From: an uncultured delta proteobacterium
Lineage (GTDB): Bacteria > Myxococcota_A > Polyangia > Haliangiales > Haliangiaceae
Direction of reading: 5' to 3'
Assembly: GCA_963848295.1 (NCBI GenBank)
Contig: CAWKDB010000011.1
Coordinates: 705,882 to 769,881, forward strand
DNA length: 64,000 nucleotides
Position 1 is the stretch's first letter. Every line of letters starts with the position of its first letter. The notes under the pieces are model-generated. The model searched no databases. It was not told where the DNA came from and worked only from the letters and a program-made list of their open reading frames with translations. Positions 54,093 through 64,000 of the stretch are shown here, piece after piece. The position numbers and the translations under genes were made by a program.

Positions 54093-55120
54093 TCCTTCCA
54101 AAAGAACTTCCACGGATTGCGCTTGAGGTCGCGGATCAGCTCGCGCAGATCACTGTAGAGATCGTCGCGCGCGAGCAGCGCTCCCGCGGTGCCTTTGCCG
54201 GCGCGCAGGTCGGTGACCATGCCGTTGACGTTGTCGATCAGGCCCCCCGCCTTGCCCGCGGCGATCGCGGCCTTGTCGGCGGCGTCGATCGCCTTGTCGA
54301 TGCGTTGCTCGGTGATGATGTTCGTGACGCGCGTCGCGTCCGCCATCAGCGCCTGCGCCGACGGCGTCAACGTCGTCATCGTGCCCTGCGCGGCGCGCAG
54401 CGTCGCATCGGCGTCGGCGACAAGGCTCGCGATCGGCCGGCCATCGCCGAGCCCGGCGTTGACCTTGCCGAGCGTGATCGTCGCCTGTTTCGCGAGATCC
54501 GCGGCGCTGCCGATCAAGTCGCCGATCTGCTGCCGGCGATCGACGAGCAGCTGATTGATCTCGGCGACCGCGTTCGCGCTGTTCGACAGCAGATGCTTGA
54601 TCGCGTCGCGATCGTCGTGCAGCACCGACGACACGCCATCGAGCACTTCGTAGAGCCGGGCGACCACGAGGTCCGTCCGCGGCGGATCGTGGACCCAGGG
54701 CGGGCCATGGATGATGTCGTCGGGCTTGATCCCCGGATGGTCCCAGTCGTGGCCCGGCACGATCTCGAGGTACTGCTCGCCGAGCACGCCCGCCGTGTTG
54801 ATGTAGTACTCGGCATCGCTGCGGATCGAATCGCGCACACGGTCTTCGACCCACGCGGTGACGCGAACCTGGACGCGCTTGTGCAGCTGCGGATCTTCTT
54901 TGCCGCCGAACAGCTCGACGTCTTGCACCTTGCCGACCTTGATGCCCGACACCTTGACCGGCGCCCCGGGTTGCAACGCGCCGATGTAGTCGTAGTCGAC
55001 GTACAGCGTGAACCCCGAGCGCAGCGAGAAGTTGCCGAGCACGAAGATGAAGCCGATCAGGATCGCGCTCGAGATCAGGATCAACACCCCGACCTTGAAC
55101 TCGAGACCGCGCTCCTTCAT
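54089..55120 (-). CDS. MCE/MlaD family protein 1
   Basis: EFKVG TM, LQPGAPVKVSGIKVGKV, GVLGEQYLEI, GKGTAGALL..LKRNPW. Confidence 0.9.
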   Translation of the reverse strand: MKERGLEFKVGVLILISSAILIGFIFVLGNFSLRSGFTLYVDYDYIGALQPGAPVKVSGIKVGKVQDVELFGGKEDPQLHKRVQVRVTAWVEDRVRDSIRSDAEYYINTAGVLGEQYLEIVPGHDWDHPGIKPDDIIHGPPWVHDPPRTDLVVARLYEVLDGVSSVLHDDRDAIKHLLSNSANAVAEINQLLVDRRQQIGDLIGSAADLAKQATITLGKVNAGLGDGRPIASLVADADATLRAAQGTMTTLTPSAQALMADATRVTNIITEQRIDKAIDAADKAAIAAGKAGGLIDNVNGMVTDLRAGKGTAGALLARDDLYSDLRELIRDLKRNPWKFFWKE

Positions 55121-55149
55121 GACGCGCATCGTAGCGCTCGATCGCGCCG

Positions 55150-55190
55150 AAAACACGAAAGGCCCGTCGATTGGAACGACGAGCCCTCGT
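55150..55190 (-). terminator. Rho-independent terminator
   Basis: Minus strand GGGCTCGTCG-ttccaat-CGACGGGCCT then TTCGTGTTTT. Confidence 0.6.
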
Positions 55191-55206
55191 TAGTTAGCGA
55201 AGTGCG

Positions 55207-56931
55207 TTACTGCGGCCAGCCACCGCCGCCTTGCGGCGGGTAACCACCACCACCTTGCGGCGGGTAGCCGCCACCTTGCGGCGGGTAGCCACCACCTTGC
55301 GGCGGGTAGCCGCCACCCTGCGGCGGGTAACCACCACCTTGCGGCGGATAGCCGCCACCTTGCGGCGGGTAACCGCCACCCTGCGGCGGCGGCGCTCCGC
55401 CCTTCTTGAACATCCGCATGAACTCCTCGTATGCCGCGGGCGACGCCATCATCAGCACGCCGAAGAACGCGAGGATCGGTAGCAAGACGTGTCCGAGCTC
55501 CAGCAAGTCACTGACGATATGCGAGGGCGCGTTGACCACGGAATTGAGGAAGAACAGCAGCGGGCCGAACGGCAGCCACAGCAGGAGCACCGCCGTGATG
55601 AGCGGCGCAAACGCGTCGATGCCTTGGAGTGCGGGCGGCAACTTGTGCGGTGGCACCACGAATAGGATGCACAGCGAGCCCAACGCGACGACGACGAACC
55701 ACAACAACAGATAGATGACCAGCACGATCGGCACGCCGCTGAAGTGGAACGCGAAGCTGAACATGTTGAGCAGGCTGATGATCATGACGCCCGCCCCGCA
55801 GGCGACGATGATGCGTGCGATCTGATCGTTCGGCTGCGCGATGCGCGACAGCAAGCCGAAGCAGAGCAGTGCGTAGGCGAGCGCGTACGTGCCGCCGACG
55901 GCGAAGCCGCCGCCCATGAGCTCGCCGAACACCATCACGCCGGTGAACGACACGGCGAATGGGATCCAATGGAGCACCATCGGCGGAATCTTCGCGCGCA
56001 GGTCGGGCGGCGCGACGGTAAGCAGCAAGTACGCGCCCCCGGCGATGATCGGCCAGATCAGCGCGCGGAACTTGTCACCCTCGCCCCATGCGAACTCGAG
56101 GCTCGGACTGATCGCGTACGGCACGAAGATCGACGCGATCAGCGCGATGCCGGCGAAGAACAGCAGCTTGCGTTGCAGGCTCGCGTCGCGGAGACGCGCG
56201 ACCGGAATGCCGAAGATCGTCCCCGGCGCCGATTGCGGAATGCGCGCGGCCATGTCGCCCATGCCGTGATGATGATGCTCGGGCGCCGGCTGGCCGAAGC
56301 CCGGTTGCTGCTGCGGATATCCCGGCTGCTGACCGAACCCCGGCTGCTGCTGCTGATACCCCGGCTGTTGGCCGTACTGCTGCTGCGGCGCTTGCGCCTG
56401 CGGATACTGCTGTTGCGGCGGATAGCCCGGCTGTTGGCCGAACCCTTGTTGCTGCGGCGGCTGACCGTACTGCGGCTGCGCCTGTGGCTGTTGGTACTGC
56501 GGCGGCTGCTGCGGCGGTTGCTGATACTGCGGCTGCTGCGCCGGTGGCTGTTGGTACTGCGGCTGCTGCGCCGGCGGCTGTTGATACTGCGGTTGCGGCG
56601 GCGGCTGACCGTATTGCGGCTGCTGCGGTGGCTGACCGTATTGCGGTTGCGGAGCTTGCGCTGCCGGCGGAGGCGCGAAGCCCTGCTGCGGCGGCGGCTG
56701 GAAGCCCTGCTGCGGATAACCGCCGCCTTGCGGAGCGCCGGCTGCAGGCGTCGCGCGTCCCGCTTGCGGGATCACCGGCGCGGCGTAGCCGAACATCGTC
56801 TTGGCGGGCTGCGGATTACCTTGCGGCGCACCTGCCGACGGCGGCATCGGGCGACCGCAGGTGCCGCACGCAGGTGCGTTCATCAGGACCGCCGCACCAC
56901 AGTACGGGCACGGCCGAGTAGGAGTCGCCAT
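55207..56931 (-). CDS. Multi-pass membrane protein with zinc ribbon and Q/P/G/Y low-complexity ends
   Basis: CPYCG..CGTCG; long QQPQYGQ tract; about 8 TM helices; PPQGGGY repeats. Confidence 0.8.
   Translation of the reverse strand: MATPTRPCPYCGAAVLMNAPACGTCGRPMPPSAGAPQGNPQPAKTMFGYAAPVIPQAGRATPAAGAPQGGGYPQQGFQPPPQQGFAPPPAAQAPQPQYGQPPQQPQYGQPPPQPQYQQPPAQQPQYQQPPAQQPQYQQPPQQPPQYQQPQAQPQYGQPPQQQGFGQQPGYPPQQQYPQAQAPQQQYGQQPGYQQQQPGFGQQPGYPQQQPGFGQPAPEHHHHGMGDMAARIPQSAPGTIFGIPVARLRDASLQRKLLFFAGIALIASIFVPYAISPSLEFAWGEGDKFRALIWPIIAGGAYLLLTVAPPDLRAKIPPMVLHWIPFAVSFTGVMVFGELMGGGFAVGGTYALAYALLCFGLLSRIAQPNDQIARIIVACGAGVMIISLLNMFSFAFHFSGVPIVLVIYLLLWFVVVALGSLCILFVVPPHKLPPALQGIDAFAPLITAVLLLWLPFGPLLFFLNSVVNAPSHIVSDLLELGHVLLPILAFFGVLMMASPAAYEEFMRMFKKGGAPPPQGGGYPPQGGGYPPQGGGYPPQGGGYPPQGGGYPPQGGGYPPQGGGGYPPQGGGGWPQ
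55216..55389 (-). repeat. Coding tandem repeat, 8 units of 21-24 bp (PPQGGG[G]Y/W)
   Basis: Repeated ccaccttgcggcgggtagccg-like units with synonymous variation. Confidence 0.9.
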
Positions 56932-57042
56932 AGTTACTGTTTCCCCTGTCGTTTCGAGCCCGAAGGGTAACCCGCGCCACGAAGTGAAAGCAACGCGACC
57001 GCCTCGTTTTGGCACCGCGATACCCGTGTTATCAAGTGCACG

Positions 57043-57058
57043 TGGCACGAAGACTGCC
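57043..57058 (+). promoter_or_regulatory. Putative sigma54 promoter of the oxidoreductase-proC operon
   Basis: TGGCACGAAGACTGCC (GG-N10-GC), about 30 bp before GGAGAGGGG-ATG 57087. Confidence 0.45.
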
Positions 57059-57086
57059 GGCACGCGATGCAGTCCGCGGAGAGGGG

Positions 57087-58361
57087 ATGGAGGTTCGAAT
57101 CGGCGACCAGCCGATTCGGGCGTTCGCTGGCGAGAGCCTTGCCGCCGCCGCGATCGCGAGCGGCGCGCGCGTGTTGTCGCGGTCGCTCAAGTATCACCGG
57201 CCGCGGACGTTCTTCTGCTTCGAAGGTCACTGCAGCGGATGCTTGGTCCGGCTCGACGGCGTGCCGAACATGCGCGCGTGTCAGGCGCCTTGCACCCCCG
57301 GCGCACAGGTCGAAGGTCAGAACGGGTTCCCGTCGGCGGAGCACGATCTGCTCGGCGCGGTCGACTTCGTGTTTTCGCGCGGCCTCGACCACCACACGCT
57401 GATGACCGGCTCGTCGATGCTCAACAAGCTCGCGAACAAGGTCGTGCGTCAGCTGTCGGGGCTCGGCAAGCTGCCCGACCAACCCGCTGGTCCGTTGCCC
57501 GCGGTCGAGCAGCGCGTCGTCGACGTCTGCGTGATCGGCGGTGGCCCGGCCGGGCTCGCGGCCGCGCTCGCGTGCGCGCGTGCCGGCCTGCGCACGCTCG
57601 TCGCCGACGATCAGCTCGCGCCCGGCGGTAGCATGCGCGCCGATCCGCTCACGGGCGCGAACGAAGCCGAGCTGCGAGCGGCGCTGGTGCGCGACGCGGG
57701 CGCCGAGGTGCTCGGCCGTGCGACCGCGATCGGGTATTTTCCCGAAGACGGCCCGGGCGGCGGCGTGCTCGCGATCGCGGCGCCCGATCGGCTGTACCGC
57801 GTCGAGGCGCGCGCGTGGACCTGGGCGACCGGCGGCTACGCGTCGAACTTGCCGCTCCCCGACAACGATCGCCCCGGCGTGCTCGCGCTGCGCGCGGTCG
57901 GCCGCTTGCTCGTCGATCACGGCATCCTCGCGGGCGATCGCGTGTGCATCGTCGAGGTCCCCGAGCTCGCCGGCGAGGTCACCGCGCTCGCCACCGCCCT
58001 CGCCGCCGCCGGGGCCGAGGTCACACGCGTGCCTCTCGCGAAGGCGGGCGGAACGCGCGGTCGCGGTTGGGTCGCCGGCCTCGAGACGACCGACGGCCGG
58101 GTCCACTGCGACGTGCTCGCGATGGCGGCGATTCCCGCGCCCGCGAGCGAGGGCCCGCGCCAGCACGGTTGCAAGGTCGTGCTCGATCCGGGGGCCGGCG
58201 GGTTTCGCGTCGTGATCGATGGCGACGGCCGGACCTCGACCGCAAACGTGTGGGCCTGCGGCGACGTGACCGGCTACATCGGGCCGGCGCGCGCGGCGAT
58301 CCACGGCGCCACCGTCGGCGAACGCGTGGTGCAAAGCCTCGGGGGCACCCGTGGCTCGTAA
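57087..58361 (+). CDS. 2Fe-2S/FAD oxidoreductase alpha-type subunit (ProDH alpha / SoxA N-terminal-like)
   Basis: [51 protein letters not shown]. Confidence 0.85.
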   Translation: MEVRIGDQPIRAFAGESLAAAAIASGARVLSRSLKYHRPRTFFCFEGHCSGCLVRLDGVPNMRACQAPCTPGAQVEGQNGFPSAEHDLLGAVDFVFSRGLDHHTLMTGSSMLNKLANKVVRQLSGLGKLPDQPAGPLPAVEQRVVDVCVIGGGPAGLAAALACARAGLRTLVADDQLAPGGSMRADPLTGANEAELRAALVRDAGAEVLGRATAIGYFPEDGPGGGVLAIAAPDRLYRVEARAWTWATGGYASNLPLPDNDRPGVLALRAVGRLLVDHGILAGDRVCIVEVPELAGEVTALATALAAAGAEVTRVPLAKAGGTRGRGWVAGLETTDGRVHCDVLAMAAIPAPASEGPRQHGCKVVLDPGAGGFRVVIDGDGRTSTANVWACGDVTGYIGPARAAIHGATVGERVVQSLGGTRGS

Positions 58362-58649
58362 GATCATCTTGTGCCGGTGCGAAGACATGACGCTCGCCGA
58401 TCTCGAGCACTCGGTGACGCGCGGCTATCGCGACATCGAAGAGGTCAAGCGCTATACGGGATTCGGCACGGGGCCGTGCCAAGGCAAGGAGTGCCTCGCG
58501 CAGGTCGCGACCCAGCTCGCGAAGTTGACCGGACAGCGGCCGGACCAGATTCCGCCGTTCACCTCGCGACCGCCGCTCGCACCGACGGCGATCAAGCTGC
58601 TCGCTCGCGCGCCCGATGCGCATCGGTTCGAGGACGATGGTGGTGACGA

Positions 58650-58653
<4 letters not shown>
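58351..58653 (+). CDS. BFD-like [2Fe-2S]-binding subunit
   Basis: [32 protein letters not shown]. Confidence 0.85.
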
Positions 58654-59973
<1,320 letters not shown>

Positions 59974-60003
59974 CACGTGGCGTTCGTGCTACTTGTCTTC
60001 GCC

Positions 60004-60831
60004 GTGTCTGTTCTCGCAGCGCATTCGATCGGATTCATCGGCGCCGGCAACATGGCCGAGGCGATGATCCGCGGCCTGGTCGAGGGCGGCCACGTCGACG
60101 CCAAGCAGATCGTGGCCTCGGGCCCGCGCCGCGAGCGGCTCGACGAGCTCGCGCAACGCTATGCGATCGAGGTCACGACCGATAACAGCGACATCGCGAA
60201 GCGCTGCAGCTTGATCGTGCTCGCGGTCAAGCCGCAGATCCTCGCCAAGGTGCTGCGCGAGATCGGCGCCGGGCTCGAGCCCGGTGCGCTCGTCGTGTCG
60301 ATCGCCGCCGGCGTCGATGCCGCGACGATCGAACATGCGATCGCCGACGGCGTCCACGTCGTACGCGCGATGCCGAACACGCCCGCGCTCGTCGGAGCCG
60401 GCGCGACCGCGATCGCGGCGGGCAAGCACGCGAGCGATGCGGATCTCGCGACCGCGCGCGCGCTGTTCGATGCGGTCGGCATCACGGTCGTGCTCGACGA
60501 GGGCCAGCTCGACGCGGTCACCGGCCTGTCGGGATCCGGCCCGGCGTACATCTTCTTGATCCTCGAGGCGCTCGCCGATGCCGGCGTCAAGGTCGGCCTC
60601 GCTCGGCGGATCGCGCAGCGGCTCGCGGCCCAGACCGTGATGGGCTCGGCGAAGATGTTGCTCGACACCGACGAGCATCCCGGCAAGCTCAAGGACATGG
60701 TGACCTCGCCGGGCGGCACCGCGATCGCCGGCTTGCACACGCTCGAGCAAGGCGGGCTGCGCACGACGCTGATCAACGCGGTCGAGACCGCGACGAACCG
60801 CGCGAAAGAGCTCGGCCGCGGGGGCAAGTAG
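60004..60831 (+). CDS. proC: Pyrroline-5-carboxylate reductase (start may be 59977)
   Basis: [44 protein letters not shown]. Confidence 0.95.
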   Translation: MSVLAAHSIGFIGAGNMAEAMIRGLVEGGHVDAKQIVASGPRRERLDELAQRYAIEVTTDNSDIAKRCSLIVLAVKPQILAKVLREIGAGLEPGALVVSIAAGVDAATIEHAIADGVHVVRAMPNTPALVGAGATAIAAGKHASDADLATARALFDAVGITVVLDEGQLDAVTGLSGSGPAYIFLILEALADAGVKVGLARRIAQRLAAQTVMGSAKMLLDTDEHPGKLKDMVTSPGGTAIAGLHTLEQGGLRTTLINAVETATNRAKELGRGGK

Positions 60832-61115
60832 TGGTGCTGGCCGTTCGCGAGCACGCGGGTGCGGTGACGTTCGACATACTCGTTCAGCCGCGTGCGTCTC
60901 GCGTCGCGTTCGGGCCCGTGCACGACGGCCGATTGAAGATCGCGGTGACCGCTCCGCCGGTCGACGGCGAGGCGAACGCCGCGGTGATCGAAGCGCTCGC
61001 GACCAAGCTCGGCGTCGCGCGCCGCGCGATCGAGGTGATCGCCGGGGCGAGCTCTCGACGCAAGACGTTACGCGTCGCCGGTGTGGCGGCGGCCGCGATC
61101 GAGGCGCTCGCGTGA
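60831..61115 (+). CDS. DUF167 (YggU-like) protein
   Basis: VQPRASR, LKIAVTAPPVDGEANAA, GASSRRK. Confidence 0.9.
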   Translation: MVLAVREHAGAVTFDILVQPRASRVAFGPVHDGRLKIAVTAPPVDGEANAAVIEALATKLGVARRAIEVIAGASSRRKTLRVAGVAAAAIEALA

Positions 61116-62444
61116 ACCGGGCGCTCATCGGGTTGGCGCTCGTCGCGTGCAGTGCCCAGTCCGGCACGCTCTCGATCAGCCTCGTCACCGCGCCGGGCTC
61201 GAACCTGCTCGACGGCGCCGAGTCGTTGAAGCTGACACTGACTTATCCCGCGCAGACGACGACCGTGGCACGGTCGAGCACGGGGTTCGATATCGAGATC
61301 GACGTCCCTGCCGACGACAACGCGTCGCAGCTCTACGTCGACGCCCTCGACGCGACCGGCTCGCTGCTCGCGACCGGCCAGTCGCCGCCGTTCGCGCTCG
61401 GCGCCGAAGACTCGACGCTCGCGATCTACATGGCGCCGCCGCTGTCGGTCGGCGTCGCGCCGGTCGCGCTGGCGTCGGGGCGCGATCGAGATCGCGGCGG
61501 GCTCGCTCGGGTACGGCGCGATCCTCGCCGGGGGCATCGGCGCGGCGGGCGCGCTCGACGACGTCGAGATCTACAACGGCTTCACGCACGCGCTGCAGAC
61601 CGGCTTGGTGTTGCCGGCCGCGCGCGGCGCGATGGCGCTCGGCGTCGGCCAGGACGGGGTGGTCTACATGTTCGGCGGCACCGACTCGACCGGCGCGACG
61701 ACCGGCAACCTGTGGCGGTTCGATACGACGGTCGCCCCGAACGGCTCGTACGTCGACGACGGCGACCAACCGGGGGTCGCGCGCACCGGCGCCCTCGCGC
61801 TCGCGATCGACTCCGACGATGACTTCCTCGTCACCGGCATGCCGCCCGGTGCGTTGTCGGGGACCGCGGGCACGGTCACCGCGCGCACCGACTTCACCGC
61901 CCTGCCCGACCAAGGCGTTACCGTGCTCGGCAGCGATGGCGTCGCGTCCACGATCATGGCCGGCGTCGCGGGCTCGACGACCGGGCTCGTCCGGTTTCGC
62001 GCCGGCGCGTTCGATACCCCCGACGGGATGAGCATCGCCGCGCGCACCGGCCACGCGGTCGTCGCGCTCGCCGCCGGCAAGGTCGCAGTGGTGTGCGGTG
62101 GCACCGCGTTCCCCGATGCCCTCGTCATCGATGCCGCGACGGCGGCGACCAGCGTCGTGCCGACGGTTCCACTCGTCCCGATCTCGGACTGCGCGGTCGC
62201 ATCGACCGATCGTTATGTCGTGATCGCCGGCGGGGCTGATGCGAGCGGCGCGGTGAGCGCTGCGGTCGACATCTACGACGCGACCACGCTCGCCTACGTC
62301 GCGTCGACCACGCTCGTCACGCCGCGCACCGGCGCGTCCGCGATCGCGCTGCCGAACGGCCAGGTGTTGATCGCGGGCGGCGTCGATGCGCAGGGCGACT
62401 TCGTCGAGACGCTCGAGCTGTTCACGCCCGACTCGCCGGACTGA
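61112..62444 (+). CDS. Kelch-repeat lipoprotein (apparent frameshift near 61485)
   Basis: LVAC lipobox; ILAGG..VEIY, VYMFGG, VVIAGG, PRTGASAIALPNGQVLIAGG. Confidence 0.75.
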
Positions 62445-62488
62445 TCAGGAGCGGCAGCCGCGTGGACCGGGCGCCCGGCATCCCGCGG

Positions 62489-63907
62489 CTACGGCGCAGT
62501 TCGCGCGATCGCGGCCTCGAGCGGCGCATCGCGGCCGGCCGCGAGCGCGTCGGCGGTCGGCAGCGCGACGACATCCGGCGCGACCCCGTCGCCTTCGATC
62601 GCATGACCGTCCGCGGCGATCAGGTTCCACGTCGGCACTGCGATCTTGCCGCCGGTCACCGGCAACGCGAGCTCGATCGGCGCGCCGGAGCTACCGGCGG
62701 TGGTCTCGCCGACGACGACCGCGTGAAGGTCCGCGCGCAGCGCCGCGGCCACGACCTCGCAGGTCGACGCGCATCCGGCATCGACGACGACCGCGATCTT
62801 GCCGTGGAAGCCCTGCCCCGGCGGCTGCGCGTGGACCTCGAGCGCGATCGGCGCCGAGAACCCGTCGGCCTCCGCCGGGAGCTCGCGCCACTTCGGACGC
62901 GCCGCTCGCGTCTCGGGTGCGAGCAGCACGCGCGCCTTGCCCATCGCCGCCGTACCTTCGGCGAGGCCCTCGACGACGCGATAGCCGATGCGGTCGACGC
63001 CGCCGCGGACTCCGCGAAGGTCGATCACGAGGCGATGCGTCGTGCGCGCGGTCGCGAGCGCGGCGTCGATCTCCTTGCCCGCGTCGTGGCCTTCGAGCAG
63101 ATGGAACGCGAGCGTCGCGACGTCTCCGGTGATGGTGGCGACGACGGCTTCGCGCTTGCGATGCACGACCTCGACCGGCTCGATCTCGATGTCGCGCACC
63201 GCGCCGCCGACCCGCGCCGCGATCGCGAGCGTTCGTCGACGTGGCGCCTCGCCTTTGGCGTAGAGCACGGTCGTCCAGGTTCGCGCCCACGACGCGCGCG
63301 CGGACTCCGGCCGCGACCACACGCGCCGCTTGACCTCGCGCGCGAGCACCTCGCCGACCGCGATCCCGTCGATCGCCACGACCTCGTCGCCGGGCGCGAC
63401 CCCCGCAGCCGCGAGCGCACCGCCCGGCGCGAGGCTCGTGATCAGGAGATGGTCGCCCGCCAGCACGGTCGACAGACCAAGGCTGAAGCTGACCCAACCT
63501 GCCGACGGTGCGGCGGTGCTCGGCGGGTGATACGTGAGGTGATCGTCGTGAAACTCCGCGAGCAGATCGTAGATCGCGGCGTCGTAGCCAGCCCACGAGG
63601 TCGCGGCGAGGAGGCGGTTCTCGGCCGCGACGAACAGCGCCGGCTCGTCGATCGCGTAGCGCTGTTCCTTGTCGAGGCGATGGGCGTACACCGCCGTCAG
63701 GTCCGCGCGCAGCGCGGCGAGCTCGACAAGGCGCTGGTCGGCGGTCGGCAACGGGCCGCGCTTGCGATCGGGATCGTGTGCGGGTCCCGGCGCAAGCGGC
63801 GGGCTCGCGACTGCGGTGCGCGGTGGTGCGATCGAGGGCGGAACGGGCGCGGGCCGGACCGCCGCGCCGCCACATGCGACCACCGCGAGGAGCCATCCCG
63901 ATCGCAT
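62489..63907 (-). CDS. S41 family peptidase lipoprotein with PDZ domain
   Basis: VVAC lipobox; GDEVVAIDG, LVIDLRG..GG, CASTCE, VVGETTAG, IEGDGVAPD. Confidence 0.85.
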   Translation of the reverse strand: MRSGWLLAVVACGGAAVRPAPVPPSIAPPRTAVASPPLAPGPAHDPDRKRGPLPTADQRLVELAALRADLTAVYAHRLDKEQRYAIDEPALFVAAENRLLAATSWAGYDAAIYDLLAEFHDDHLTYHPPSTAAPSAGWVSFSLGLSTVLAGDHLLITSLAPGGALAAAGVAPGDEVVAIDGIAVGEVLAREVKRRVWSRPESARASWARTWTTVLYAKGEAPRRRTLAIAARVGGAVRDIEIEPVEVVHRKREAVVATITGDVATLAFHLLEGHDAGKEIDAALATARTTHRLVIDLRGVRGGVDRIGYRVVEGLAEGTAAMGKARVLLAPETRAARPKWRELPAEADGFSAPIALEVHAQPPGQGFHGKIAVVVDAGCASTCEVVAAALRADLHAVVVGETTAGSSGAPIELALPVTGGKIAVPTWNLIAADGHAIEGDGVAPDVVALPTADALAAGRDAPLEAAIARTAP

Positions 63908-63916
63908 GCGCGTGTT

Positions 63917-64000
63917 CTACCCGACGGGCGGCGAGCTGTCGCCCGCGACCGGCGGGACCGTCGGAGCAGCCTTCTTCTTGCGACCGAACAGCCACTTGAA
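63917..64000 (-). CDS. 3' end of an unidentified gene entering from beyond the window
   Basis: Minus-frame FKWLFGRKKKAAPTVPPVAGDSSPPVG then stop, just upstream of the S41 gene. Confidence 0.45.
   Translation of the reverse strand, partial: FKWLFGRKKKAAPTVPPVAGDSSPPVG

Noticed and set aside
55216..55389. CRISPR array
   Set aside because: These are contiguous 21-24 bp coding repeats with no unique spacers and no cas genes.

Overview
A GC-rich (about 70% by eye) bacterial window. Gene content (pilR-pilA, Cys-rich lipoproteins, sigma54 promoters) points to Myxococcota, by inference. At least eight otherwise intact genes carry apparent single-base frameshifts, mostly insertions, which probably reflect long-read consensus errors. 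The most notable region is 3.7-16.3 kb. It holds an array of GT-C glycosyltransferases resembling eukaryotic protein O-mannosyltransferases: three intact TMEM260/DUF2723-like genes, one internally deleted copy and one TMTC-like TPR gene. The array lies head-to-head with pilR, a sigma54 promoter and two tandem type IV pilins, making it a candidate pilin O-glycosylation system. Directly downstream is a 5'-truncated group II intron joined to a four-helix-bundle (Avd-like) gene fragment. The rest includes tRNA-Cys with a VapBC-like module, a membrane-anchored ECF sigma factor, a DUF3127 SSB-like protein and an MCE/Mla transporter whose two ATPases have complementary degenerate motifs. It also includes an archaeal-type proline-dehydrogenase-like operon with proC, a membrane protein with prion-like repeats, and dispersed intergenic repeats.
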